From assembly GCA_019058365.1 (NCBI GenBank), contig JAHPZE010000003.1:64001-128000 (forward strand): 64,000 bases of DNA. The letters run 5' to 3'. Of the stretch, positions 50,718 through 60,576 are shown in pieces. Source of the DNA: Promethearchaeota archaeon (GTDB taxonomy: Archaea > Asgardarchaeota > Lokiarchaeia > Sigyniarchaeales > SOKP01). The number at the start of each line of letters is the position of its first letter. Positions within the stretch are counted from its first letter, which is position 1. The position numbers and the translations under genes are program-made. Below the pieces are notes generated by a model. The model saw nothing but the letters and a program-made list of their open reading frames with translations, did no database searches and was not told where the DNA came from.

Positions 50718-52019
50718 TCACTTATAGTTATTTATTAAATTTTTATATGTAGAATGTGTTTCATTACTAATTAGATCCCATGTATATTTTTGGGATACTT
50801 TTAATTGTCCTGCTAAGCCAAATTTTTTTCTTAGTCTCTTATTTTTTAATAAGTTGATAACTTTTTGGGCGATATCTTCAGGGTTATCAAATTCAACTAA
50901 TAATCCATCGACATTTTCTCTAATTACTTCTGGAGTTGCTCCGATCCTAGCTCCAATGACAGGTTTTCCAGCAGACCAAGCCTCAAGAAAAGATATCCCA
51001 AATGCGTCGCTCCGACTAGGCATTAAGTAAATATCAGCTTCTTTAAATGCTGTCATTTTTTTTTTATCGAAATAACCAGTTAAATTATCGGGAGTGAAAT
51101 TAAGAATTCTAGCATTTTCAAGTTTATGTATTTTCGATAATTCTTGATTAAAAGCGAGCGTTGATGGCCCAATAAAAACAAAATAGACTTTTTTTATCTT
51201 ATTAATAATATAAGGTATTGATTTCAGAATAGATAATGCTCCTTTTTCATAATTTTTATAACCACAAAATAGAATTAGTTTGTATTTTTGTTCTCTTTTA
51301 ATAAAAAAATTATGCTTAAAATAATTAAATTCTAAGGGAGATTTATTAACACTTTTAAACTTTTCATAATCCACACCCATTGGAATAACTTGTATTTTTT
51401 CTGGTTGAATTTTACATTTTTCGATTAAGAATTTTTTCTCTAGATTTGTGCACGCAATTAATAAATCAAATTTTTTTAAAACCTCAATTATTCTTAAATC
51501 CATATATCGAGGATTGGAAAAATGAAAAAATGGAGTGCATATAACTGGTTTATTAATAGAAATTCCAATTATTAAACTTATGATACAGTTAAAGTATGGG
51601 AAAAAAGTAGTGTGAATTAAATCATAGTTTAAATCTGGTTTTTTTAATAAATTTTCTAATAAATCTCCTAAATAAGGTCCATTTGCAATAAAGGCTTTTA
51701 ATACTTCATCTTTTAATATAAGAGTATTTAGCGCGGGAATAGTTTTCAATTTATTTAAAATTTCATTTTGAGAGAGATTATAATTCACCTGAAATCGATT
51801 TATCTTCAAATTGTTAACTTTATCATAATATTTATTATCTTTAAAGAGCCTTTTTCCATTAGAATCTCTTAAAGCTTTAAAATCTATAGCGTTTGAAGTA
51901 TAAATATCTATGCTATATTTATATTTTGTTGTTAAGATCTCTGCCATTCGCTGAAAATAGAATTCAGCACCTGATATTGAAGGAAAATATCTTGTTGGAA
52001 GATATAAAATTTTATTCAA
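50718..52019 (-). CDS. Glycosyltransferase family 4
   Basis: PSISGAE, VIPMGVD, DAFGISFLEAW..GKPVI. Confidence 0.9.
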   Translation of the reverse strand: MNKILYLPTRYFPSISGAEFYFQRMAEILTTKYKYSIDIYTSNAIDFKALRDSNGKRLFKDNKYYDKVNNLKINRFQVNYNLSQNEILNKLKTIPALNTLILKDEVLKAFIANGPYLGDLLENLLKKPDLNYDLIHTTFFPYFNCIISLIIGISINKPVICTPFFHFSNPRYMDLRIIEVLKKFDLLIACTNLEKKFLIEKCKIQPEKIQVIPMGVDYEKFKSVNKSPLEFNYFKHNFFIKREQKYKLILFCGYKNYEKGALSILKSIPYIINKIKKVYFVFIGPSTLAFNQELSKIHKLENARILNFTPDNLTGYFDKKKMTAFKEADIYLMPSRSDAFGISFLEAWSAGKPVIGARIGATPEVIRENVDGLLVEFDNPEDIAQKVINLLKNKRLRKKFGLAGQLKVSQKYTWDLISNETHSTYKNLINNYK

Positions 52020-52070
52020 TGAAAGAATGATCCTTTTTATTTATTAAATATAATAGGTATATATATACAA

Positions 52071-52463
52071 ATGTCAAAAGATTTATTATTTCAGGTTTTT
52101 AGAGAAGCCAAGAAAAAACAGATAATTGATGAAAAATTCATTTCTTTCTTAGATAACATTTTTCCTGATAAATCCACTAATGTTATTGATGTATTAAAAA
52201 GTGGGATTATACAATACACATATAAACCTTCCAATAGAATCGTTTGGACCGCTCAAGGTGAAAATCAAGAGCATTTAATTTACCCAAAATTGTTTTGTTC
52301 ATGTCAAGATTTCTACAAGAATGTCGTTATTAAAAAAAAGCGTTCATTTTGTAAGCACATATTAGCTCAAATAATTAGTGAAGCTTTAGATAAATTTAAA
52401 ACTGTTACTTTAGAGGATAACAAATTTAAAGAATTGGTTAGAGAATTAAAGCTTAAAATTTAA
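52071..52463 (+). CDS. SWIM zinc-finger protein
   Basis: FCSCQDF...CKHILA. Confidence 0.85.
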   Translation: MSKDLLFQVFREAKKKQIIDEKFISFLDNIFPDKSTNVIDVLKSGIIQYTYKPSNRIVWTAQGENQEHLIYPKLFCSCQDFYKNVVIKKKRSFCKHILAQIISEALDKFKTVTLEDNKFKELVRELKLKI

Positions 52464-52476
52464 CAATTTCTTCAAC

Positions 52477-53073
52477 TTATTTAACAGAAATTTCTTCTCT
52501 CTCCCAACTTTGTAAGTATCTATTAAATTCTTCCAAACTTATCTGACGTGGTATTTCAATTTGCTTTTTTGCTTCTAATTTCCTTATTTTAAAAATTAAT
52601 TTCTTATTTTTTCGGTAAAATTTCTCTGCTTTTGGATATTCTTCTTTAAAAATTTCTTTCAATTTTTCAATATCTAAATTCTCTAATTCACAATATTTTT
52701 CAATAACAAAATTACATAGAGGATCTATCGATATCTCAAAATTAAAAGCATCTACGCGTTTCAATGCTAAAGGGTATGCTTGACAAGCTAAAGGTTTAGT
52801 ATCATGTACCGTACACCCATGTGATTTTAAATAATACGGGCATCCTTTATTTTCATTATCTAACTTTATTCGGTAAGTCAAAACCAATACCTTTTTATTT
52901 TTTATATCTGGAAACACTAAATCTTCGATAATTTTAAAATCAATATTGCGTTCCTTCGCAATCTCGATTAATCTATCTGCTTCATCTGGATATATTGGAA
53001 TTCTTTTTACATAATCACCAGGAACCTCATGACAACATGTACCGCACATTCTACATTCATATTTAATTGACAT
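52477..53073 (-). CDS. YkgJ family (CxxCxxCC) Fe-S/Zn cluster protein
   Basis: CRMCGTCC, CPY, CTVH.TKPLACQAYP. Confidence 0.88.
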   Translation of the reverse strand: MSIKYECRMCGTCCHEVPGDYVKRIPIYPDEADRLIEIAKERNIDFKIIEDLVFPDIKNKKVLVLTYRIKLDNENKGCPYYLKSHGCTVHDTKPLACQAYPLALKRVDAFNFEISIDPLCNFVIEKYCELENLDIEKLKEIFKEEYPKAEKFYRKNKKLIFKIRKLEAKKQIEIPRQISLEEFNRYLQSWEREEISVK

Positions 53074-53249
53074 CTTCTAAATTGATATTTTTTAACTATA
53101 ATTATAAGAGTTATATCTAAAATTAATTTTCAGTAATATGATTATATTACTTTTACAATAAATCTTGTGTCTACTAGGATAATACATCGTTTTTAAATTG
53201 ATAAAATCACCCTATTATTAGGGATGTATTTAATAAAAGGGAAAAAGTT

Positions 53250-54059
53250 ATGGAAGGAATAAGAATTATAAAACATAATAATATAACTGAAGAAGATTTT
53301 ATAAGACCTCTTTGTATTTTAGGAATGCCAGGAATTGCAGATGTTGGCAAATTTGCTTTAGATTCTCTTATCGGTCAGCTTGACGCTCAAAATTTAATTG
53401 ATATTATTTTTGATGATTATCCTGCTGGGGCAATTGTTGATGATAGTTTATTATCTGCTCCTAAAGCTGAAATTCTATATTGGAAAGACCCAAATGAATT
53501 AAGAGATCTTATCTTAATAACTGCTGACGCCCAAAGTCTCACTCCAAAAGGCATATATAAAATATCGAATTTTCTAAGTGAACTTATTCATCAGTACGGA
53601 ATAAAATTAATAGTGGCCTTAGGAGCATACCCAGTTAATACCAGAAAAATCACTTCTAACCTCCCAAGAATTTATCTTAGTTCAACAAATCAAGAGTTAT
53701 TAGACCATTATTTATTAGAAAATAATTGCCAAAAGATTCAAAAAGGAGTAATTATTGGTGCGAATGGTTTGATTCCGACATTAGCAAAAGCACGATTTAA
53801 TATTGATGGACTGGTTTTTCTTGCAGAAACTGATAATATTGCCATGATAAATGAAGATATTACAGATTTGAAAGCATCAATAACTCTTTTAGAAATGCTT
53901 AAAAAATCCTTCACATTACCGATTAAAAAGAAATACTCCTTGGAAAATATAGAAGAAATAACAAAGAATCTTCAAATTAAAAGAGATCAGTTAGAAAAAG
54001 ATCTCGATTCAATCCAACTTGTTGATACTGAAGATAAACGAAAATCATTATACATCTAA
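53250..54059 (+). CDS. PAC2 family proteasome assembly chaperone-like protein
   Basis: GMPGIADVG, ADAQ, ALGAY, IIGANG; C-terminal ..LYI (HbYX-like). Confidence 0.8.
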   Translation: MEGIRIIKHNNITEEDFIRPLCILGMPGIADVGKFALDSLIGQLDAQNLIDIIFDDYPAGAIVDDSLLSAPKAEILYWKDPNELRDLILITADAQSLTPKGIYKISNFLSELIHQYGIKLIVALGAYPVNTRKITSNLPRIYLSSTNQELLDHYLLENNCQKIQKGVIIGANGLIPTLAKARFNIDGLVFLAETDNIAMINEDITDLKASITLLEMLKKSFTLPIKKKYSLENIEEITKNLQIKRDQLEKDLDSIQLVDTEDKRKSLYI

Positions 54060-54157
54060 GGGCACTTTTTTTTGATAATCTCTTCTTGCTTGTAAATTAT
54101 TTTTTCTTAAAGGAATTAAGCAAAAAGTATTTTAATCATTGAGAATTTAATATAAGT

Positions 54158-54307
54158 ATGAAATATGTGTGTGCTCGGAAAAGTTGTGGGAAGGAAGTTA
54201 GCAAAAAAGAATTAAGTGCTCTTCCAGGTATTAAATGTTCTCACTGTGGATTTCGTATCTTATATAAGAAGCGCCCAGATGTTATAAAGCGAATTAAAGT
54301 TCGTTAG
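54158..54307 (+). CDS. rpo12: RNA polymerase subunit Rpo12 (P), missed by the ORF track
   Basis: MKYVCARKSCGKEVSKKELSALPGIKCSHCGFRILYKKRPDVIKRIKVR; C..CGFRILYK.R signature. Confidence 0.92.
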   Translation: MKYVCARKSCGKEVSKKELSALPGIKCSHCGFRILYKKRPDVIKRIKVR

Positions 54308-54376
54308 GTCTTATTCTTTTTATTAAATGTATATTATATCTCAATATTTCTTAAAATTGAAAAGAAGAGAATTTTG

Positions 54377-55315
54377 TTAAATTTTTATTTCAAATTTCAA
54401 ATGATTAACTAGTTCCTTATATCGATTTCGGATAGTTGCTTCAGTAACTCCCGCTGCAATTGAGATTTCTTTCTGAGTACGCCTTTCTCCTTCTTGAATC
54501 GCAGCAACGTATAATGCGGCTCCTGCTAAACCTGTTGGAGCTTTTCCTGCTGTGATGCGATATTTGTTTGCAAGTTTTAAAATAGAAGCAGCTCTATTTT
54601 GAGTTTTTCCTGATAAGTTTAATTCGGCGCAAAACCGTGGAATAAAAAATATGGGAGAGGATACTTGTATGTTTAATCTAAGCTCATTTAAAATTAATCT
54701 ATAACATCGAGCAACTTTCTTTTTATCTACTGAAGCAAATTCTATGAAATCATCTAGAGTTTTTGGTATACTATTTAATCTACAAGACAAGTAAATTGAT
54801 GCAATTAACATTGCTTCAATTGATCTCCCTCTAATCAAATTTTTATTTGCCATTTTCCTATAAATATGTGCGGCAGATTCTTTTAAATCTTTAGAAAGGT
54901 TCAATTGAGAAGAAAATCTATCTAATTCATTCATTGCATATGCTAAATTTCTATCAATCGATTTATTAGTACGTGTTCTGACATGCCATTTCCTTAACCG
55001 ATAAACTTCAGCTTTCATTTTAGGACTTAAAGTCTTTCCAAATGCATCTTTATTCTTCCAACCTATCATAGTGCTTAATCCTTTATCGTGAAGTGTAAGT
55101 GTTGCAGGGGCACCTACTCTTACTTTTTTATTTGCCTCTTCTGATGTGAAAGCTCGCCATTCGGGACCTGCATCTATAGTTCTTTGACTTAATACTAAAC
55201 CACACACACCGCAAACTATCTCACCACGAGAATCATCTGAGATTAAATTTTCATTACCACATTCTGGGCATAAATTAAAAGTTTTTTGAGGGAATGAAAG
55301 ATCCAATAACGCCAA
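54377..55315 (-). CDS. tfb: Transcription initiation factor IIB
   Basis: CPECG zinc ribbon, GPEWRAF, HDKGLST, RGRS, GVTEATIRNRYKEL. Confidence 0.97.
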   Translation of the reverse strand: MALLDLSFPQKTFNLCPECGNENLISDDSRGEIVCGVCGLVLSQRTIDAGPEWRAFTSEEANKKVRVGAPATLTLHDKGLSTMIGWKNKDAFGKTLSPKMKAEVYRLRKWHVRTRTNKSIDRNLAYAMNELDRFSSQLNLSKDLKESAAHIYRKMANKNLIRGRSIEAMLIASIYLSCRLNSIPKTLDDFIEFASVDKKKVARCYRLILNELRLNIQVSSPIFFIPRFCAELNLSGKTQNRAASILKLANKYRITAGKAPTGLAGAALYVAAIQEGERRTQKEISIAAGVTEATIRNRYKELVNHLKFEIKI

Positions 55316-55474
55316 CCCTTTAAAAATTCTCTTCTTTAATTTTCATAATTAATCTAGCACATTTAAATGTTTGCGTTTTGAGGATTTATCCATTAATAAG
55401 AAACTTAATTTTTCATTTTTGAATTTTCGATTAGATCGAAAAATTTTAATAAGTTCATTGTTTCACTTAATATA

Positions 55475-55948
55475 ATGCGACATTATTATAAAGCACATGG
55501 AAAGCATTGCTATCTTCGCTCTTTTCAATCAAAATGTCCAAAGTGTAATGCTGATGTTTTATATTGGGAATGTACTCATGGATGTAAAGTCTTTTTTGAA
55601 TATCCCCCTTATGGAAAATTGGTGAGACATTTTTGTCGGTATCATAAGGGTTCACTTAATGTAAAGAAAAAATTTCATGTTATTGTTAAAAAATCAAAAG
55701 GACTGCTAGAAAATCAATCTCCAAGTTGTCCCATATGTGGGAAGTTATTTAGAAATAGTATTAGTTTAGAAAATCATTTGGAAAATTTAAAAAAAAATGA
55801 TATTAATCATAAACTTTTTTTTGAGAATAGAATTTCCTTTGAAAATGAACATAAAGTAAGTATTAAAAAAGATTTGGAGCACATTAAATCTCGTGATCAA
55901 TCGTGTTTTGGTAAAATTAATTTAAAAAAAGAGAAAAAAATTGGTTAA
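55475..55948 (+). CDS. Hypothetical zinc-finger protein
   Basis: CPKC, CTHG, and a CPICGK..F....L..H C2H2-like motif. Confidence 0.6.
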   Translation: MRHYYKAHGKHCYLRSFQSKCPKCNADVLYWECTHGCKVFFEYPPYGKLVRHFCRYHKGSLNVKKKFHVIVKKSKGLLENQSPSCPICGKLFRNSISLENHLENLKKNDINHKLFFENRISFENEHKVSIKKDLEHIKSRDQSCFGKINLKKEKKIG

Positions 55949-56060
55949 AATTATCTATAGATAAATTTTTAATAAATTAGTATATAATTATTTTATAATA
56001 AAACTTAATGATTTTAGACATTATTTTATTTTAAAATTCCCAAAAGAAAGAGGAAAAAAA

Positions 56061-56696
56061 ATGCCAGTAGATCCCGCAACCGCAGTTTACAATTTGATGC
56101 ATTCAGATCCTAATATTATCGCAGCTGTAGTAATTAAAGGAAGAGATGTTATTTATACAACAGATAATTGGGATATTAGCGGAGATGTTGATAGAGTAGT
56201 ATCAAGTTGGACTGGCCAAAATGCTCAATTCATAATAGTTTCTGGAGTAAAATATTCAGTATTGCAAATGGAGACTGAACGTTTAGTTGCTATATCTTTA
56301 AAAGGTGAAGGAAGTATATGTGCAGCAAAAGATGAAGAGCATAAACTTATATGCTATCTTCAACCAGATGGAGATGCCCGTGGAGCTATAATGGATGTTC
56401 AAAGAGCAGTAGGGACTATGCGCACACAAGGACCATATATGGATGTTGGCACTCAAATGGGGGAAACAACGGTTCAGATGAGTGGTATTGCTTCTACGGA
56501 GGTCATAGCTTCAGCAGGGACTGTTTCCAGTGTAGATCTTCAATTGAAAGGTGAAATACAATCGTTTTTAGACTGGATTAAAGATACTGAAGGTTTAGCG
56601 GGTTATATAAATTATTATCTTCAACAAAACAATACTCAAATAATTTCTGAGTTATCAAGAATTTATAATAACCTAAGACAGATTTTTGGTGTTTAA
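56061..56696 (+). CDS. Asgard profilin-like protein with C-terminal extension
   Basis: TTDNWDIS, GVKYSVL, ETERLV, KGEG pattern recalls Loki profilins; ~85 extra C-terminal residues. Confidence 0.72.
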   Translation: MPVDPATAVYNLMHSDPNIIAAVVIKGRDVIYTTDNWDISGDVDRVVSSWTGQNAQFIIVSGVKYSVLQMETERLVAISLKGEGSICAAKDEEHKLICYLQPDGDARGAIMDVQRAVGTMRTQGPYMDVGTQMGETTVQMSGIASTEVIASAGTVSSVDLQLKGEIQSFLDWIKDTEGLAGYINYYLQQNNTQIISELSRIYNNLRQIFGV

Positions 56697-56887
56697 GTAA
56701 AACATTAATCAAGAATAGTTCTTCTAACAATTGTTATTTATCGATATATTCGATACTTAGTTTATACTTAAATTTTTATCCGGATTTTTATAATTACAAA
56801 TAGAAATCATATTTTCAATTTCAAAAGATATAAATTTTTTAATATTATAGGTGATCTTAATAATTAGACAACTCAAAATTTCAACAA

Positions 56888-57391
56888 GTGAGATTTTTGG
56901 CTAAAAAGAAAATAATTAAGGAGAATAAACCGACTATTTTAAAAAAACCAAAGAGTAAGAGTACGCGGGAAGAAATGAAAAAGAAAAAACTCGCTAAAAA
57001 ACCATTAAAAAAAGAAGAAGAATTAAAAACTGAATATTCATCAAACCTTGAGCTTGAATTAGATATCCCAATTGTTCCTGAAGCACCTAAGAAAAAAGAG
57101 AAGTTAACATTAGCTACTTCTAATTTATCTACTGATGTATTAGCAAGAATGAAAAAAATTGAATCGCCTGATATTAAAGTAGTATTAGTAAATTGTGAGA
57201 GATGTAAAGCTGTTATCCCCATTCCTATTCCAAAAAAAACAATATTACAATCAGAATTACCCGTAGTTCCTATAAGTTATGTTCATAAAAATTTGCAGAA
57301 AGAAGATCAACATTGTTTAACAGTCCATCTTGATCATGATTTTGATATTCGAAGACAGAGAATATCTGATGTAGTTATATCTTCAGATTAA
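56888..57391 (+). CDS. Hypothetical protein (Lys-rich N-terminus; CERC...H...H putative Zn site)
   Basis: ORF and composition. Confidence 0.6.
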   Translation: MRFLAKKKIIKENKPTILKKPKSKSTREEMKKKKLAKKPLKKEEELKTEYSSNLELELDIPIVPEAPKKKEKLTLATSNLSTDVLARMKKIESPDIKVVLVNCERCKAVIPIPIPKKTILQSELPVVPISYVHKNLQKEDQHCLTVHLDHDFDIRRQRISDVVISSD

Positions 57392-57405
57392 AACTTAATA
57401 AAATC

Positions 57406-57633
57406 TCATAAGATAAAAATAATTAAGAAAGCAATTAAAACAGGAATAACACATAAACAGCATAAAAATCCATACCAACTCTTTTTCCAATCAATATATG
57501 TATTAGGGTTCAAGATTACTTGACAATTAGGACAATATTTTTGTTTTTGATCTACAATTTGTACTCCACAATTATAACAAATATTTATTCCGCTATTGAA
57601 TTTTTTATAGTTTTTACCCTCGATTTTTAACAC
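57406..57633 (-). CDS. Zinc-ribbon protein with C-terminal TM helix
   Basis: CYNC...CPNC plus hydrophobic tail. Confidence 0.65.
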   Translation of the reverse strand: MLKIEGKNYKKFNSGINICYNCGVQIVDQKQKYCPNCQVILNPNTYIDWKKSWYGFLCCLCVIPVLIAFLIIFIL

Positions 57634-57793
57634 TTTAGACTTTCTTTAGAATTCAATTATTGAGATAATAACATATTATTATTTGCTATTTAAATATAAT
57701 TTTTAAATATAATTAAATAATATAAGCATTGTTGTACTACAGTATCTATTTTTATTGTATAATTAAAATCTAAAAGCACAATTATTTATAAAA

Positions 57794-58159
57794 ATGAAAT
57801 CCATAGCTGAAGACAATATAGAAATTGATGAAATTACAATATACTTAAACCTTTTTAAATTACATAAGAGTTTTCTATTATTAATTTCTGATCAACCAAA
57901 TATGGGGATCGGGAATATAACTTTAGGAAGTCCTCCAGCAATTAAAGGATTAAAATCATTAACAGCTTCTTATAATTTATTTGGTGTGGATAAAAAATTG
58001 ATGAGTACTATTATAGCTGAAAGAGCTGCAAATATACTTAAGGCACCAGTACTTCTTCTTTTATTTTTAAAGAGTAAAAAGAGTGATGATGAAATATTAA
58101 AACCTTTAGTGAATTTTCTAAATAATACTTTAAAAAAAGTACTTGAAAATTTGGAATAA
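57794..58159 (+). CDS. Hypothetical protein, possibly PAC3/PAC4-like proteasome chaperone fold
   Basis: Pattern ...SFLLLISD...GNITLGSP...LFG...IAER...PVLL; weak recognition. Confidence 0.45.
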   Translation: MKSIAEDNIEIDEITIYLNLFKLHKSFLLLISDQPNMGIGNITLGSPPAIKGLKSLTASYNLFGVDKKLMSTIIAERAANILKAPVLLLLFLKSKKSDDEILKPLVNFLNNTLKKVLENLE

Positions 58160-58321
58160 TGCAGGGAGTGGGATTCGAACCCACGAAGAGCTATCTCACC
58201 GGATATCTCATTAGTTATTATGTTAATCAACGGATAATATAATAATCAGATCTTGAGTCCGGTTATTGAGGATTATTTTCCAAAAAAGTCCGGCACCGTT
58301 GACCAACTTGGTTATCCCTGC
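58160..58321 (-). tRNA. tRNA-Leu(CAA) with two introns (58257-58287 at 32/33; 58205-58251 at 37/38)
   Basis: Acceptor GCAGGGA/TCCCTGC, long variable arm, GGTTCGAATCC; removing both introns gives CCGGA-CT-CAA-GA-TCCGG. Confidence 0.9.
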
Positions 58322-58435
58322 TTGAAGAAATATTCATTATTTTATATATTCATTAAATAAAATTATTATTTTAATTTTTATCAAAATTATCAAAATCCAA
58401 AAAAAGTACTAATAAGTGCTAAGTTCACATCAAAT

Positions 58436-58672
58436 TTAAGCAAAAAATCCCGGTATTATCATTATTAACATCATTACAACTAACATCACTATTAAAAAAA
58501 CGCATTGTAATCTTCCTTTTTTCTTCTGTTTTCTTTCTTTGTTAAGATAATTATCCCGACAAGCTTGACTACAAAATTTCTTATCAGTAGGCATTGCTTT
58601 GCCACATATTGGACAATGACTATGGGGTCCCCATTTTTTTTTTATTTGATCTTTCCATGAAGATTGAGACAT
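58436..58672 (-). CDS. DUF2116-like Zn-ribbon membrane protein
   Basis: HSHCPICGKAMP...FCSQAC plus C-terminal TM. Confidence 0.8.
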   Translation of the reverse strand: MSQSSWKDQIKKKWGPHSHCPICGKAMPTDKKFCSQACRDNYLNKERKQKKKGRLQCVFLIVMLVVMMLIMIIPGFFA

Positions 58673-58746
58673 TTTTTCACTCGAGCTTAAGAGGGTTAAT
58701 ATAGGATAATAAAAATTAGAAGATTAAAATAATTTATCAAAGATTT

Positions 58747-59472
58747 TCATTCAGTTATAGTGGTACAAGTTATATTTTCGTCACCATTCCAATATTTTTC
58801 AAATTCTTTTAGATCTTTACCAGACATAACTCTAATATGAAGTTTACTTCTTTTTAAAATTTGTAAAGATACTGCATCAAAAATGCGATATTCCCCGGCT
58901 GCTGCTTGCTTATCATCGTGTAGATTTAATATAATTTCTTGTAAATCAGCATAAGTTAAGTGTTTCAACAATTTAGCATCATTAAATTTCTTTGGATCTT
59001 TATCATAAATACCTTCCACATCAGTAAGAACCACTAACTCTTCAGCTGTTATAAATTCAGCTACTTCGAGAGCAACCGAGGTTGTAGATTGCCCAGGTTG
59101 TAATCCTCCCATTATAATAATTTTTCCAAAAAGCAATGCTGTAGAGAGTTCTTCTATTGATTTTGGGACTAAAGGATAAGCGATATCTTGAAACGCAGAT
59201 ATGAGTAATTTAGCATTTATTCGAGACAGATCAATTCCAAATGTGTCACACAATGCTTCATTCCCTTGAAAATATCTTACTATATTTATATATTCTCTTG
59301 CAATTTCTCCACCACCGCAAACAATAACATGATATCCGGAGTATTTCTTTTTTTTTAAGATTCGACAGAAATTTTGAATTTTTTCCTTATTAAGTTCTTT
59401 ATCTTCAGTAAATAATAATGACCCCCCGATTTTTATGACAGTATTTCTATCTTTCATAATATTTTCATTCAA
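58747..59472 (-). CDS. pyrH: UMP kinase
   Basis: VIKIGGS, GGGEIAREYI, PGQSTT, TDVEGIYDKDP. Confidence 0.93.
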   Translation of the reverse strand: MNENIMKDRNTVIKIGGSLLFTEDKELNKEKIQNFCRILKKKKYSGYHVIVCGGGEIAREYINIVRYFQGNEALCDTFGIDLSRINAKLLISAFQDIAYPLVPKSIEELSTALLFGKIIIMGGLQPGQSTTSVALEVAEFITAEELVVLTDVEGIYDKDPKKFNDAKLLKHLTYADLQEIILNLHDDKQAAAGEYRIFDAVSLQILKRSKLHIRVMSGKDLKEFEKYWNGDENITCTTITE

Positions 59473-59523
59473 ATTTTCTTTGTATTAATATATAGTTAAT
59501 TTGGTAATTTAAGTTACTTTAGA

Positions 59524-60489
59524 ATGAAATTTAATAAATTTAAAAAAATTATAGTCGAAGTTCCTCACAGAATATCTGGATTTTTTGAAATAGTTGATCA
59601 AATTAACGGTGTAAAAATCAAGGATCCCGTGAGGATTGGATCTCGAGGTGCAGGGTTTTGTGTCAATGCAATAGGTAAAACGGAGATTAAAGCTCAAGTT
59701 ATTGGTAATAATAATGATAATGAGATTGAGATTTATATTAATGACGAAAAAGTAAACCAGAAGGCAGAAACGACATACTTTATTATCGATTATTTAAAAA
59801 ATTATATTAAAAAATCACATAAAATAAGAATTAATCACTCTTTTGAACTACCTGTTGGATGTGGTTACGGAGCTAGTGGTTCTGGGGCACTGGGAACCAT
59901 ATTTGGTTTAGATTATTTGTTTAATTTAAAATTAACATATTTAGAAAAGGGAAAGATAGCACATATTGCCGAGGTTGTAAAAAGAACGGGTTTAGGAACT
60001 GTTTGTGGGCAATTAAATGGAGGAATGGGAATCTTGATAGAACCGGGATTCCCATGTGTCTATGAGAGGATCCAAGTACCACAAAATTTAAAAATTATAT
60101 GTGGATCATTTGGAGTTATTCATACAAAATCAATATTGACAAATCCAATTTTAAATATAAAAATTAAAGAAGCGGGTAATGAAGCCCTGAAGAGATTAAA
60201 AATAGATCCAAATATTAAAACATTTATCGAAACATCCATAGAGTTCGTGAAGCAGACTGAAATTCTTGATATTCTAGATTTATCAAAAATAAAAGAATTA
60301 ATTGAAAATTTGAACAAATTAAACATAATTGGTGCTAGTATGAATCAGTTGGGTCGTTCAGTTTATGCAATATGTAGAAAAGAAGGAGAAAAGGAGGTTT
60401 TAAGTTTATTGGAATCGTATAAACCTGAAATTAACATCTTTATCACATCTATTCATGAAAATTCATCAATTAAGTTGAAGAATAAATAA
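59524..60489 (+). CDS. Pantoate kinase (GHMP family)
   Basis: PHRISGFF, GSRGAG, PVGCGYGASG, AHIAEV..RTGLGTV. Confidence 0.9.
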   Translation: MKFNKFKKIIVEVPHRISGFFEIVDQINGVKIKDPVRIGSRGAGFCVNAIGKTEIKAQVIGNNNDNEIEIYINDEKVNQKAETTYFIIDYLKNYIKKSHKIRINHSFELPVGCGYGASGSGALGTIFGLDYLFNLKLTYLEKGKIAHIAEVVKRTGLGTVCGQLNGGMGILIEPGFPCVYERIQVPQNLKIICGSFGVIHTKSILTNPILNIKIKEAGNEALKRLKIDPNIKTFIETSIEFVKQTEILDILDLSKIKELIENLNKLNIIGASMNQLGRSVYAICRKEGEKEVLSLLESYKPEINIFITSIHENSSIKLKNK

Positions 60490-60576
60490 AATTTTTTTAT
60501 TTACATATTCTTACAGTGAATCGGAAATATTTCAATTAAGATTTTTTAATTATTTTAAAGAATGAAATAAATTTTC

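Noticed and set aside
57970-58230. 86-aa minus-strand ORF
   Set aside because: It overlaps tRNA-Leu and is antisense to a better-supported gene.
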